Below, one piece after another: positions 9,250-18,546 of a DNA stretch of 64,000 nt (the stretch's first letter is position 1; each line of letters starts with the position of its first letter). The DNA is taken from the sequence record MW760841.1; one strand, given 5' to 3'. The position numbers and the translations under genes are program-made. The notes under the pieces are model-generated. The model saw nothing but the letters and a program-made list of their open reading frames with translations, was not told where the DNA came from and did not search any database.

Positions 9250-10005
9250 CTATTTGCTTTCAGACAACTGCTTGAGCTGCACCGAAGTGGCTTCCATTGC
9301 ATTAATCAGTTCGTTGGTTTGCTTCATGAACAGACCGAACAGTTCTACCCAGTCGGAGGCCATGTCAACCATCTTGATGATTTCTGCGGCGTTAGACGCA
9401 TGGATGGTGCTTTCACTGATGCTGTCCACACTGACGCCAATCGTTTCGATGTTGCGGTCAATGTTCTTTTTCAATTTCTTGGTCAGTTCAGTGTGCAATG
9501 CTTTTGCACGGGACAGTACCGATTCGATATCCCCGGCGTTGTGGTAAACCTTTTCCAGCGGACGGCTGTCTAATGCAGTCGTGCTGTAAGACGCAGCGAG
9601 TTTCTTCACCAGGTCTTGCGGGTCTACTGTCTTTAACGGGTAACGGAAATCTTTATAGCGGAAGGTGCCCGGTACAGACAGGTCAGCTTTCGCATGGGTG
9701 AAGGCCGCCAGTTGTGTGGTCACTGGGTCTAACACCCCCGTCACGATATCCTGTAACACAGACCAGACTGACTCCAGACGCTGAACATGTTCAATCATGT
9801 ACACGTTCATACCCGGCGGTACCGGTACCAGCATACCCCGGAAATTCATGAACTTTTCTTTGCGCATCCAGCGCGCCAGTTCACCGGCTTCTTCAACAGT
9901 GGCGATGGCTTCGGTTGCTTTTGCATTGTCGACCAGCACACCTGGAAGGATAGTTGCGACCTTCGAGGCAAAAGTCGAAAGCGCAGCAATTGGATTCAGG
10001 TTCAT
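9250..10005 (-). CDS. Putative virion structural protein
   Basis: 251-aa helical ORF, GAGG RBS, preceded by a TAGTATG late-type motif; position next to uvsX recalls a phiKZ virion gene (inference). Confidence 0.5.
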   Translation of the reverse strand: MNLNPIAALSTFASKVATILPGVLVDNAKATEAIATVEEAGELARWMRKEKFMNFRGMLVPVPPGMNVYMIEHVQRLESVWSVLQDIVTGVLDPVTTQLAAFTHAKADLSVPGTFRYKDFRYPLKTVDPQDLVKKLAASYSTTALDSRPLEKVYHNAGDIESVLSRAKALHTELTKKLKKNIDRNIETIGVSVDSISESTIHASNAAEIIKMVDMASDWVELFGLFMKQTNELINAMEATSVQLKQLSESK

Positions 10006-10037
10006 TTTTTACCTCGATGGGAATAAAGGAAGGGCTA

Positions 10038-10046
10038 CATACTAAG
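10038..10046 (-). promoter_or_regulatory. Putative late promoter (TATG type)
   Basis: CTTAGTATG on the minus strand, identical to the 9-mer upstream of the tail sheath gene; phiKZ late promoters carry TATG at the start site. Confidence 0.5.
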
Positions 10047-10100
10047 TCTTTTTACAGCTGTACCCTGTGTTATGTAGACGTCCAACTGAGGTAATTGAGA

Positions 10101-10373
10101 ATGGAATTGAAAATGTTTACCCGCTCACTTCGCGGGAAAGTTGAACCAGAGATTTATACCACCCCGATTAAGAAGAACCCGGACAACTCTCAGTTAGTCG
10201 TCGGGACTATCACGGATATCACAACCCAGACTGACGGTCGTCGTCTTGTCACCATCGAAATCGATGACCGTAACAAGAACCGCTTCCGTAACCTGGAAGG
10301 CGAGCAATGGGTTGAGAACCACTTCGAAGTCTGGCACGGTCGCCGTCTGTTGTTACCAATCAAAAAACGTTAA
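10101..10373 (+). CDS. Small hypothetical protein
   Basis: GAGG RBS before ATG 10101; directly upstream of uvsX. Confidence 0.65.
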   Translation: MELKMFTRSLRGKVEPEIYTTPIKKNPDNSQLVVGTITDITTQTDGRRLVTIEIDDRNKNRFRNLEGEQWVENHFEVWHGRRLLLPIKKR

Positions 10374-10389
10374 TAAAACGGAGCGCTAA

Positions 10390-11889
10390 ATGGCAGGCCC
10401 AGCTAAACAAGTCATGGGTGAAGTAATTCGCCCACGTTTCAATGTTTTCACCATCATGGATCACGCCCTCGGTACGTACGAGCGTGGGTCTGATGGTTTA
10501 TACTACCTTAACGGTGGTTTCGCCCACATCATGGGCTTCGCTGGTCGTGGTAACACCTTCAAATCAACCCTGATGGATTTCTGTATCTTCCAGATTCTCC
10601 AACGCTATAAAGCGGCTTGGGGGTCGAAGTTCGATACCGAGGTTTCAGCAGCGCTTGACCGTTTAGAGCAAGGTTATCTCTCTGCTCAGAACGCCAACGG
10701 CATGCACGATGGTACTTCTGTTCTGTCCATGATTGAGAACCAGCAGTATAACCTGGTCGGTTCCGATATCATGCCTGGCGAAGAATACTACGCCTCGTAT
10801 ATCCGTGACGAAGTGGAAGGTCGCTTCAAAGCGTATATGTCTGGTAAAGGTGTGCGTGAAACGCCATTCCTTGACCCGGTGCGTAAAGCCTGTAAGAAGA
10901 TGAACGACCCGTGGCTGTATTCCATCGACTCCCTGTCAGAATGGCACTCTTCGAAAATCGAAGACAAGCACTCTGAAACCAAAGTCGGTGACTCTGAGCA
11001 GAACGCCCTGAACATGCGTGACAGCTTAGAGAAGTCCAACATGATGAGCCGTTGGCCGTCAGCGTTGGCCCGTGGTGGTTTCTTCCTGGCCTTCGTTGCT
11101 CAGCTGGCAGACGATTCCGGCAAAGCGATGTCACAAGGCGGTAAAGGGGCAAAACCGGCAAACGCCAAATTGCTCGACGATGCTGGTGACGATCTGAAAT
11201 TCGCGGGTATTCCGCGTCGTCAGATTTCCTTCCTGACCAACTCCCTGCTGGTAGCGACCAAGTCGGGTGAGTTGAAGCATGACAACAGCTACGATGCCAA
11301 GACTGGCGTCAACGAAGAGATGTATCCGACCAGCCGTTCGAAGGCGATGAACGCCTCCGTAAACGACTTGAAAGAAATCATCTTCACGCAGTATCGTGCG
11401 AAGGGTGGTCACACTGGCGTTAAGTTCCGCATGGTGTTCTCGCAAGAGATGGGTCTGCTGTATCACCTCTCTCTGTGGCATTACCTGAACAAAGTGTTGA
11501 AGACCGATTACGGTTTCGACAGCTCGGGTTCCGGTGGCGCAATCAAAGAATTGCACCTGCTGCCTGGCGTGAAGTTCCAACGTACCACCGTACGTGACAT
11601 GTGTGATGAAAGTGTGCGCCTGCGTCGTGCACTGGAAATCACGGTTGCTATGGCGTACATGCAGAACAACTATCACCGTCTGGAAATGAAGTACCACATC
11701 ACTCCTCGTGAATTGTATGAGAAGATCAACGAGAAGTGGGACTGGGACGAGATTCTCGACAACACGGTTGAATACTGGATGTTCAAAGACCAGGAAGTCA
11801 AAGGCGGCAAACGTTGCTTAACCGCAATGTCTCTGCTGGCGATGGCAGTTGATGGTCTGGAACCGAAGTTCTTAACCAAGAAAAAATAA
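10390..11889 (+). CDS. uvsX: UvsX/RecA-like recombinase
   Basis: Walker A GFAGRGNTFKST, FDTE and YSIDSL motifs; size and position fit phiKZ-group UvsX. Confidence 0.8.
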   Translation: MAGPAKQVMGEVIRPRFNVFTIMDHALGTYERGSDGLYYLNGGFAHIMGFAGRGNTFKSTLMDFCIFQILQRYKAAWGSKFDTEVSAALDRLEQGYLSAQNANGMHDGTSVLSMIENQQYNLVGSDIMPGEEYYASYIRDEVEGRFKAYMSGKGVRETPFLDPVRKACKKMNDPWLYSIDSLSEWHSSKIEDKHSETKVGDSEQNALNMRDSLEKSNMMSRWPSALARGGFFLAFVAQLADDSGKAMSQGGKGAKPANAKLLDDAGDDLKFAGIPRRQISFLTNSLLVATKSGELKHDNSYDAKTGVNEEMYPTSRSKAMNASVNDLKEIIFTQYRAKGGHTGVKFRMVFSQEMGLLYHLSLWHYLNKVLKTDYGFDSSGSGGAIKELHLLPGVKFQRTTVRDMCDESVRLRRALEITVAMAYMQNNYHRLEMKYHITPRELYEKINEKWDWDEILDNTVEYWMFKDQEVKGGKRCLTAMSLLAMAVDGLEPKFLTKKK

Positions 11890-11928
11890 TCGTTGACGGT
11901 GGGGCAACCCACCGTTATAGGAGCTGAC

Positions 11929-12219
11929 ATGCGTTATCAAGAGAGTATTGTCGAGCGCCTGCGTCAAGGTCTTGCAGCTATTGATCGAAATGAGAGTGAG
12001 AAGTTCGTTGAGAAATTCACCACTCCTCGACAAACGCTGAAAGAGTTCGCGGAAGAAGCGAATGCGTATTACGCCAATCTGTTTACTGATGCCACTCAAG
12101 GCCGCAGTAAAATGGCAGTAATTGGTACGCCTGAGAATGCGGACGCCATTCCGTACTGGATAGAAGATCTGGAGCGAGCAGTATATCCTGACTTACGTCT
12201 ATCGAGGTTAACCCAATGA
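11929..12219 (+). CDS. Small hypothetical protein
   Basis: AGGAG RBS before ATG 11929; stop overlaps the next start. Confidence 0.65.
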   Translation: MRYQESIVERLRQGLAAIDRNESEKFVEKFTTPRQTLKEFAEEANAYYANLFTDATQGRSKMAVIGTPENADAIPYWIEDLERAVYPDLRLSRLTQ

Positions 12220-12884
12220 GATTAGACCCTGCACGCCGTAAAAAGGCGGAAGCGTACGTGATTCAGCTGTTGAAGCTCATTGACCCCAGTGGCATTAATG
12301 CTGAGGCGATGAAGCGCCGTCTTCCGAAACTGTCGGATGACGATTTCAACAAGCTGCGCGACGGTATCCCTATTTACAATCCGGCGGGCGGGAAGGTACA
12401 GATTGACCACATGCGCAACATTGAAATTTGTCGCATCATGGGGTTAGAGCTGTGCCAGCGTTTGTATTTTACGGAGCCGAAGACGGGACTGTTACACCGT
12501 ACTCGTTGGCCTCACATTGTGATGCCGTTACCTGCCCGTAGACAGACGCAGATGCAGGAAAAGAAAATGGCCGTAGCGAAGAACGACAAAGTTCGTGATA
12601 AGCTATCTGGCCAGGTGGTGGGGCCATCGAAAGCCTCAGGGGTTTCCTTCCCGGAAGCCTACATCATGTTCTCCGATGGGTTAGACCACACATTGGAAGA
12701 GTTCCTGCATGCACGCGGCGGCAATGAAGCATTGCAACGCGCGTTCTATCAATCCATTCGTCAAACCGGTGCTGGGCGTATTCAGATTCCGGGCGCAGAA
12801 CGTACCAGTGCGAAAGCGACGCGTACGTGGAGTGCCTATCTGAAAGCCATGGGCATCGGGAACAATATAGGTAATCCTCAATGA
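12216..12884 (+). CDS. Virion RNA polymerase beta subunit, C-terminal fragment
   Basis: KKMAVAK...SGQVVGPSKASGVSFPEAYIMFSDGLDHTLEEFLHARGG aligns by eye with RpoB C-terminal KMHAR...TQQPLGG...[28 protein letters not shown]. Confidence 0.7.
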   Translation: MRLDPARRKKAEAYVIQLLKLIDPSGINAEAMKRRLPKLSDDDFNKLRDGIPIYNPAGGKVQIDHMRNIEICRIMGLELCQRLYFTEPKTGLLHRTRWPHIVMPLPARRQTQMQEKKMAVAKNDKVRDKLSGQVVGPSKASGVSFPEAYIMFSDGLDHTLEEFLHARGGNEALQRAFYQSIRQTGAGRIQIPGAERTSAKATRTWSAYLKAMGIGNNIGNPQ

Positions 12885-13612
12885 GAACTGGCCGCCGATA
12901 TCTTGCGTGTGTAGACACTATCTTCGACACCCGTATTGGGTGGGCGAGAGTAACCCACCCCAATGAGCTTGCAGCGTTTGACCTCGATGTTTATCGTGGC
13001 CGACACTCTGAGTATTGGGCTGAGTTGGCGGGCATTCCCGATTGGGATAAGCATTACCGGAAACGGGATAAGCGGGCTTTAATGAACGCCGAACCGACGG
13101 AGTTCCTGTACGGGTTGAAAAACCAGTTGCTGAGTGATATCACCCAGATTCAAATGTCCTCGCCGTTAGAGCCGCCTGTGTTAACCATCAACATGTGGCC
13201 GTATACTGATTTGACCGAAGAAGAAGCTGAACGATTCAAAGCGCACTTCCGTGTCTTCTACAACGAAGTAAAAGTCGAATTGACCTTTACGCCATTAGGG
13301 GCCCTGACTATCGGGTACCTGAACACGATGTGGGATATCTGGTATACGTACGACTGGTTCCGCTGGATAGACATTCAGGCAAAAAAATTAGAAGTAAAAG
13401 CACCGGGGTTCACTGTTGTGATCCCGGCACTTCTGGTAACTGACATGACTAACCAAGTGGCGGATGCCATCGAGCGAGACAGCGTCAACCCATTCCTGGC
13501 GTTGACGCGGTTTATGGAGGAGATTATAACCGTCGACCCGGTGGATGCGCGATTGTTTAGTATTCGTCGTCCTCGTCCCCAACCGGACGCTGGGCAAACG
13601 CCGTCTTCATAA
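12881..13612 (+). CDS. Hypothetical protein (possibly degenerate HAD fold)
   Basis: 243-aa ORF, ATGA overlap; N-terminal YLACVDTIFDT resembles HAD motif I. Confidence 0.6.
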   Translation: MRTGRRYLACVDTIFDTRIGWARVTHPNELAAFDLDVYRGRHSEYWAELAGIPDWDKHYRKRDKRALMNAEPTEFLYGLKNQLLSDITQIQMSSPLEPPVLTINMWPYTDLTEEEAERFKAHFRVFYNEVKVELTFTPLGALTIGYLNTMWDIWYTYDWFRWIDIQAKKLEVKAPGFTVVIPALLVTDMTNQVADAIERDSVNPFLALTRFMEEIITVDPVDARLFSIRRPRPQPDAGQTPSS

Positions 13613-14036
13613 TCAGCTCCACGTCGACTTTCTCGCCAACTGGTGCCAGCTCGCCTTCGCCTTGTCCCCCATCAGGGATATGTGGGATGGCGGGTTGGTA
13701 CCCTTTATTTTCGCCCTCAGGTGGGCCATCGTGGCGTTCGATACGTGCACCACGTTTATCACGCACCCAGTTGTTGAGGGCGTTAGCAACGTCTTGTTGC
13801 GCACCGGCAGACTTGCTGGCCGCTTCGGCACGTTGTTTACCGAGAACTTGTTTGTCGACACCGGCAAGCATCTTCTCCAAAGACCCAACCAAATCCTTGT
13901 CTTTGTGGACACCCTGCTCAGCCATAATTTCGTTGGCGATACGGATACGAGCCTGTCGGGTTTGGCGAAGAAGCGACTCTACATCATCTACTTCGCCGTC
14001 GAAGGCTTGGTATTTAACCACTGCTTCTTCGCTCAT
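13557..14036 (-). CDS. Hypothetical protein
   Basis: 159-aa ORF with GAGG RBS; 3' end overlaps the convergent gene by 56 nt. Confidence 0.65.
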   Translation of the reverse strand: MSEEAVVKYQAFDGEVDDVESLLRQTRQARIRIANEIMAEQGVHKDKDLVGSLEKMLAGVDKQVLGKQRAEAASKSAGAQQDVANALNNWVRDKRGARIERHDGPPEGENKGYQPAIPHIPDGGQGEGELAPVGEKVDVELIMKTAFAQRPVGDEDDEY

Positions 14037-14065
14037 GGATTATTCCTCATCTCAAAAAGAACTCA

Positions 14066-14085
14066 GACAGATATTATCTTCATGA
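14066..14085 (+). promoter_or_regulatory. Putative early promoter
   Basis: GACAGATATTATCTT, 14/15 match to the 4387 motif. Confidence 0.6.
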
Positions 14086-14110
14086 GTTACTGCTCATTAA
14101 GGATCAACAT

Positions 14111-14647
14111 ATGTCATTCAAGTGGCTCACAAATCCTTTAAAGCGATACGCCTATAAACGTCGTAGAAGCTTTTTAGAAGGCGAGTTCCATAAGAATGCC
14201 CACAACCTTCACCAACGCGTTATGGTAGGCTTAGAGCTGCTTACAGAGCCGCTGGTTTATGGTACGGAAGATTATCATCCTCTTCCCTTAACGGGGCATT
14301 TAGAACTCCGTTGCCCATCGATACGAATGGTGTTCGAACGACTGTCGTTTTTAGTTCGTGACTACAATCGTGTCATTGGCGAACCGGGACACAATCCCGA
14401 GTGGAGTCCTTATCCAACTGCTTTGGAGGCGAAAGCTGATGTTACAAACCGCAAGTGGCTAGACGATTACTTTGCTACACAGGATTCAGAGAAGGCACGC
14501 GATGCACTGCGTGAAGTCTTCTGTCTCTTAGATGTTTATCGAGAAGCTTTCAATAAAGACGACGGCGACTCTGATAAAGATGTGCTGGCCAACCGAGCAG
14601 GACATCTCTTGCGCGAGTTAGAGCGTATAGTGGAACACTACCTCTAA
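14111..14647 (+). CDS. Hypothetical protein
   Basis: 178-aa ORF with AAGGA RBS. Confidence 0.7.
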   Translation: MSFKWLTNPLKRYAYKRRRSFLEGEFHKNAHNLHQRVMVGLELLTEPLVYGTEDYHPLPLTGHLELRCPSIRMVFERLSFLVRDYNRVIGEPGHNPEWSPYPTALEAKADVTNRKWLDDYFATQDSEKARDALREVFCLLDVYREAFNKDDGDSDKDVLANRAGHLLRELERIVEHYL

Positions 14648-14677
14648 CAGACTTCCACCCTTGTAACAAGGTGAAGC

Positions 14678-15520
14678 ATGGCAAAGAAAAATGGCGACAA
14701 GGTCGATCAGTGGATACGTCAGGGGGTCGAACGTGATACCCCGATTGGTGCGTATCTACAGGAAACCTACTGGAGTATTGTTAAGGAGATGCGCCTCTCC
14801 TCTAACGACTGGAAAGATATGGCGAAGGCGTTTGCCAACGATGAACGTTATCGTGGCCGCTCTACCGCCGAACCGAACGAACGTCACTCACGACTCGCTA
14901 CCGCTCTAACCAGTGGTAACATGCCGGGGGTTGGCGTTGACCTGACCTGGAAGCGTTTCATCGAAGGTTTGGTACTTCTGGGTATTGACACGTTGACAAT
15001 AACTATGAAAGGTAAGCGAGGCAAGTTCGGATCGTCTGCCATTGTGTCTGCGTCCTGTCATCCGCATCTCGATTTATTGAAGACCTTGAATCGGGAAGAT
15101 GAGGAGACAGTCACGCGATCAGCGAGCAATGCTCTTAATCACTACTTTGAGAACCCGCGTAATACGGCGACCAAAGTGATGGAGCATATCCTCTTGAAGT
15201 TGCTCTGGGGTTTCTTTGCCGAATACGACATTCGTGCAGACATGTGGCGTCGCTTAGCGGCCGCCTACGTGAACAACCCTAAGAACTGTCCTGCGTTGTC
15301 TAACCGCCGCAGTGACATGCGCCACAATCTGGAATCAGCCATTCGTTACACGAAGAAGCTGACCTGGAAACGCTTTCTTCAGGCATTGAAAGCAATGGAC
15401 TTACGGGATGTCTCCTGTACGTTCAAAGTGCGCGACTCCAGAGGATGGGAACACGAAGTTGGGCTGACGATTGATTTAACCAAACTCGTACTACGGAGTA
15501 ATAGCGATGGCACAGAATAG
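14678..15520 (+). CDS. Hypothetical protein with internal two-fold duplication
   Basis: LTWKRF occurs twice with similar flanking segments. Confidence 0.7.
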   Translation: MAKKNGDKVDQWIRQGVERDTPIGAYLQETYWSIVKEMRLSSNDWKDMAKAFANDERYRGRSTAEPNERHSRLATALTSGNMPGVGVDLTWKRFIEGLVLLGIDTLTITMKGKRGKFGSSAIVSASCHPHLDLLKTLNREDEETVTRSASNALNHYFENPRNTATKVMEHILLKLLWGFFAEYDIRADMWRRLAAAYVNNPKNCPALSNRRSDMRHNLESAIRYTKKLTWKRFLQALKAMDLRDVSCTFKVRDSRGWEHEVGLTIDLTKLVLRSNSDGTE

Positions 15521-16790
15521 TTTTGATAACTTCACCGGTCGTATCAGTGATGTCGGTAATGCTGCCGACCAGGTGCAGTATAAAGCCACTGATGCCGTTA
15601 ACCGTGTCCAGAATACCGTCGATGGGGCGCAGCGTGGGATTGAATCTGCGTCCAACCTCTACGATAACGTTTCCGAAAAGGCCGGGGAAACCTGGAACAA
15701 AATCGGAGATACCGCAAGCGGTCTCACCAGTAAAGTAGGTAACTTGTTCGGAGGTAGCGATATCGCCTCTTCGGGCGCAGTGCAAGCAGCAGGTTCAGGT
15801 GATTCAGGTGTGTCGCCGTCCAACCGTATTGCGGGCTTTGCGAATGACCCGAAAGGCACGTTGCCAACACTTGACCCAATGAAGCGTGATGTCTCTGAGC
15901 CGTTTAAAGCGGCGAATGAAGAAGCTTCGGGGGTCATGGGTTATCTACAACCCGGTAAGGCAGGGAACTTACTGTCTCAGGGTTTCCAGAAACTGAAAGA
16001 CATTCGCGATGGCGCACTCAGCGCAGTGGGTACGGATTACGATTCAGTAAAGAAACGCTTGGAAAGCACCATGCAATTGGCGGGACAAATCTCTCGCCTG
16101 CCCGGTGAAATCCAGCAAGAGGTGTATGGCTATACGTCGGCGTTTAACAATGCCAAGTATGAAATCACTTCGGCGATTGATGGGGTAACTCACACCTTCG
16201 ACTCGTTCAAAGATTTCGATGACTATCTGGCCATCGACAATCTGATCAATAGCTTTACCGGAAAGTCTGATGACATCCGCAGTTTGGATTTCGGAACCTC
16301 ATCGGCTCTCATCTATGGTATCTCGAGCAAGCTGTCCGATTACGGATTGCCTGAAAAGACCGATCCCATGGTGGAAGCCATTACTGACCCGATTGCTAAG
16401 GCAGCGCTGTATGGCGAACTGTTGGTGCAAGCGGCAGGCATTGGTAAACTCGATTCGGTCGAGTATTACATTACCAAGCTCCAGCCGGGTCAAGGGCGTG
16501 AGTTAGCGCCGGATGTGATTCCTGCATTACTGCGGAACTTGCAGACCAATGACGGTGAGGGCTTTAAAGCACTGGGTGCGCGTGTACTGGCCCTGTGTAC
16601 CTCACTGAATCCTAACTGGGATAAGTCCACTAAGACCCCTGTGCGTACTGAACTGCTGCCGTACACCTACTGCAACAGTAACGCAATCCAGGCGTTGATT
16701 ACGACGATTAAGCGGCCGTATGTGTGTGCTGCGGGCAACCGTCGTTTAGTGACTACTGATATCCTGGTAGACCAGTTCTTTCCGATTTAA
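15507..16790 (+). CDS. Putative virion structural protein
   Basis: 427-aa ORF with a Gly/Ser/Ala/Asn-rich N-terminal half; function inferred from phiKZ-like context. Confidence 0.5.
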   Translation: MAQNSFDNFTGRISDVGNAADQVQYKATDAVNRVQNTVDGAQRGIESASNLYDNVSEKAGETWNKIGDTASGLTSKVGNLFGGSDIASSGAVQAAGSGDSGVSPSNRIAGFANDPKGTLPTLDPMKRDVSEPFKAANEEASGVMGYLQPGKAGNLLSQGFQKLKDIRDGALSAVGTDYDSVKKRLESTMQLAGQISRLPGEIQQEVYGYTSAFNNAKYEITSAIDGVTHTFDSFKDFDDYLAIDNLINSFTGKSDDIRSLDFGTSSALIYGISSKLSDYGLPEKTDPMVEAITDPIAKAALYGELLVQAAGIGKLDSVEYYITKLQPGQGRELAPDVIPALLRNLQTNDGEGFKALGARVLALCTSLNPNWDKSTKTPVRTELLPYTYCNSNAIQALITTIKRPYVCAAGNRRLVTTDILVDQFFPI

Positions 16791-16793
16791 GGT

Positions 16794-17795
16794 GTGAATA
16801 TGTCGAAGAATGAAATGCAGGCACGAATTGAGTTGGTGGAAGAAATCGTTCGTGCGGTTGAATGGGGAACGCAGGTTAAGCTGCAAATTGTAGGACGTAT
16901 TCTGCATAACCAACATTTGAAGTTCATCAGTGAAGAGAAGTTACTCAATACGTCTCTTCCTCTGCTCGAAAGGGTAGAAGCATTTCTAAGCGCCAAGCAC
17001 GATGCAATATACGGTAACGGTATGGCCCATCGTTTCGGATTCGATTCGAACGAAGGTATCATGGCGTACGATGTCTCGAAACTGCCTGCTGACCTTGAGT
17101 CAGTGAAGCGTGAGTGCTACGTGCGTTATCTGCGCTCGTTGGGCTGCCGTACGATGCACATCGACCGTAACCCAGCCAGTGACGGCCTGAACCATTACAA
17201 CATCTATTCTCAGGCGCGGACTGAGGTGGGTAAAATGGCCAGTAACTTTGAATCGGCACAGGACGTCGGCTTTGAGACGCCCCACGGTCGGTTCAAGACA
17301 CTGGAAGGCTATTACCATGTGCTGCGGGTGCTAGACTATTTCCTCGAGATGGGTGAAGGGTCGAAAGATGTTGATCCGTTGCTGCGGGATATTTGTATTC
17401 TGCAAGACCACTGTCGCGAATTCCCGGAGATAGATGAGCTGTACCACCTTGACGGTGCCACGTCTATTCGTGTGGGGCGTGAAGTGAAGCGTCGCGTCTA
17501 TGGTGGCAGTAAATACCGTCCAGGGGCGTTCTCTGAGCATGCCGAGCGTTGTTTTATGATAGCGCTGGTACGCAAGTTGCACGTCTTACAGTACGATGAC
17601 CGTTGTCTGGGTAACGTGCTGGCTGAGATTGTTCAGCAGGGTGTACCGTTAGACCACTACTACGTAATGAACGGCCGCAACATGCGTCCTAAGTTTTCGG
17701 AGTGGTTGCCTAATTTGATTACTCGGATTGTTGAGCATATCGATCCGTACTCAAACACGTTTGACCCCGAAGAGGTCATTAAACTACTGGAGTAA
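16794..17795 (+). CDS. NADAR-like (T4 gp30.3-type) domain protein with N-terminal extension
   Basis: GKMASNF...GRFKTLEGYYH...LDGATSIRVGR parallels T4 gp30.3 LSNF...QFGGLEGFLQ...LSGLAAQQAGR (alignment by eye). Confidence 0.55.
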   Translation: MNMSKNEMQARIELVEEIVRAVEWGTQVKLQIVGRILHNQHLKFISEEKLLNTSLPLLERVEAFLSAKHDAIYGNGMAHRFGFDSNEGIMAYDVSKLPADLESVKRECYVRYLRSLGCRTMHIDRNPASDGLNHYNIYSQARTEVGKMASNFESAQDVGFETPHGRFKTLEGYYHVLRVLDYFLEMGEGSKDVDPLLRDICILQDHCREFPEIDELYHLDGATSIRVGREVKRRVYGGSKYRPGAFSEHAERCFMIALVRKLHVLQYDDRCLGNVLAEIVQQGVPLDHYYVMNGRNMRPKFSEWLPNLITRIVEHIDPYSNTFDPEEVIKLLE

Positions 17796-17798
17796 TCC

Positions 17799-18458
17799 AT
17801 GTCATTACTGGATGTGTTGGATGAAGTGGAGAAGAAGATGGAGGGCGAGGTTATTAAAGTCGCTCGTGAGTCTGTCTCCACAGAGAAAGAAAAAGAATAC
17901 TGCATGTGGGTCAAGCCGACGGTTGAAGGTTGGCGTTGGCTATATGAGCAGAAGGGTGAATTCCACCTGGATGTACTGATGCCTATCGCAGGGGGTCGTC
18001 GTCGTGTGCGTATTCATACGGACAAGGCGCAGTTGACCCTCAAGCGTTGGACAGAAGAAACCGGTACAGTGGAAGAGAACTCTGACATCGGTCTGGCGAC
18101 TGCCCTGACCTTCTACGGTGACGGCCATGCCGCGCACCTGGTACGCCGCATCTCCATGGATGCCGGTGAACTGAAAGAGAAGGGCGGGAAGCACTGGGAC
18201 ATTGATGTGTTCTACGCTTACCAGGGGCGTCCAATGATTCCTGACCAGCAAGCCCTGAACGACGTCGTGAGCACTGCGGAAGCGGGTACCTCGTACGGCG
18301 AATGGGTGAAGGTGGAACTGGAAGTCGAACGCTTTGAACTGGAGACCATTCGTGATCTCATTCCGTTCGAAGTGGAAGAAGCGATGCCAAGTCGTCCGAG
18401 CAAGCAGGAAGACAAAGTGTTCCTGTCGAACTACTGGGACAACGTCATCAGTCTGTAA
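17799..18458 (+). CDS. CYTH (triphosphate tunnel metalloenzyme) domain protein
   Basis: ExExK-like EKEKEY, RVRI...LTLKR, WDIDVF and VELEVE strands. Confidence 0.65.
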   Translation: MSLLDVLDEVEKKMEGEVIKVARESVSTEKEKEYCMWVKPTVEGWRWLYEQKGEFHLDVLMPIAGGRRRVRIHTDKAQLTLKRWTEETGTVEENSDIGLATALTFYGDGHAAHLVRRISMDAGELKEKGGKHWDIDVFYAYQGRPMIPDQQALNDVVSTAEAGTSYGEWVKVELEVERFELETIRDLIPFEVEEAMPSRPSKQEDKVFLSNYWDNVISL

Positions 18459-18463
18459 GTAAG

Positions 18464-18499
18464 TCCACCCTTCGGGGTGGATTTCTTTTTTCTTTTTTC
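18464..18499 (+). terminator. Intrinsic terminator
   Basis: TCCACCC-TTCG-GGGTGGA then a T-tract. Confidence 0.85.
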
Positions 18500-18546
18500 A
18501 CGTATGGCCCGCAGTGTATGTACAAAACCTCAATGGAATAATAATC

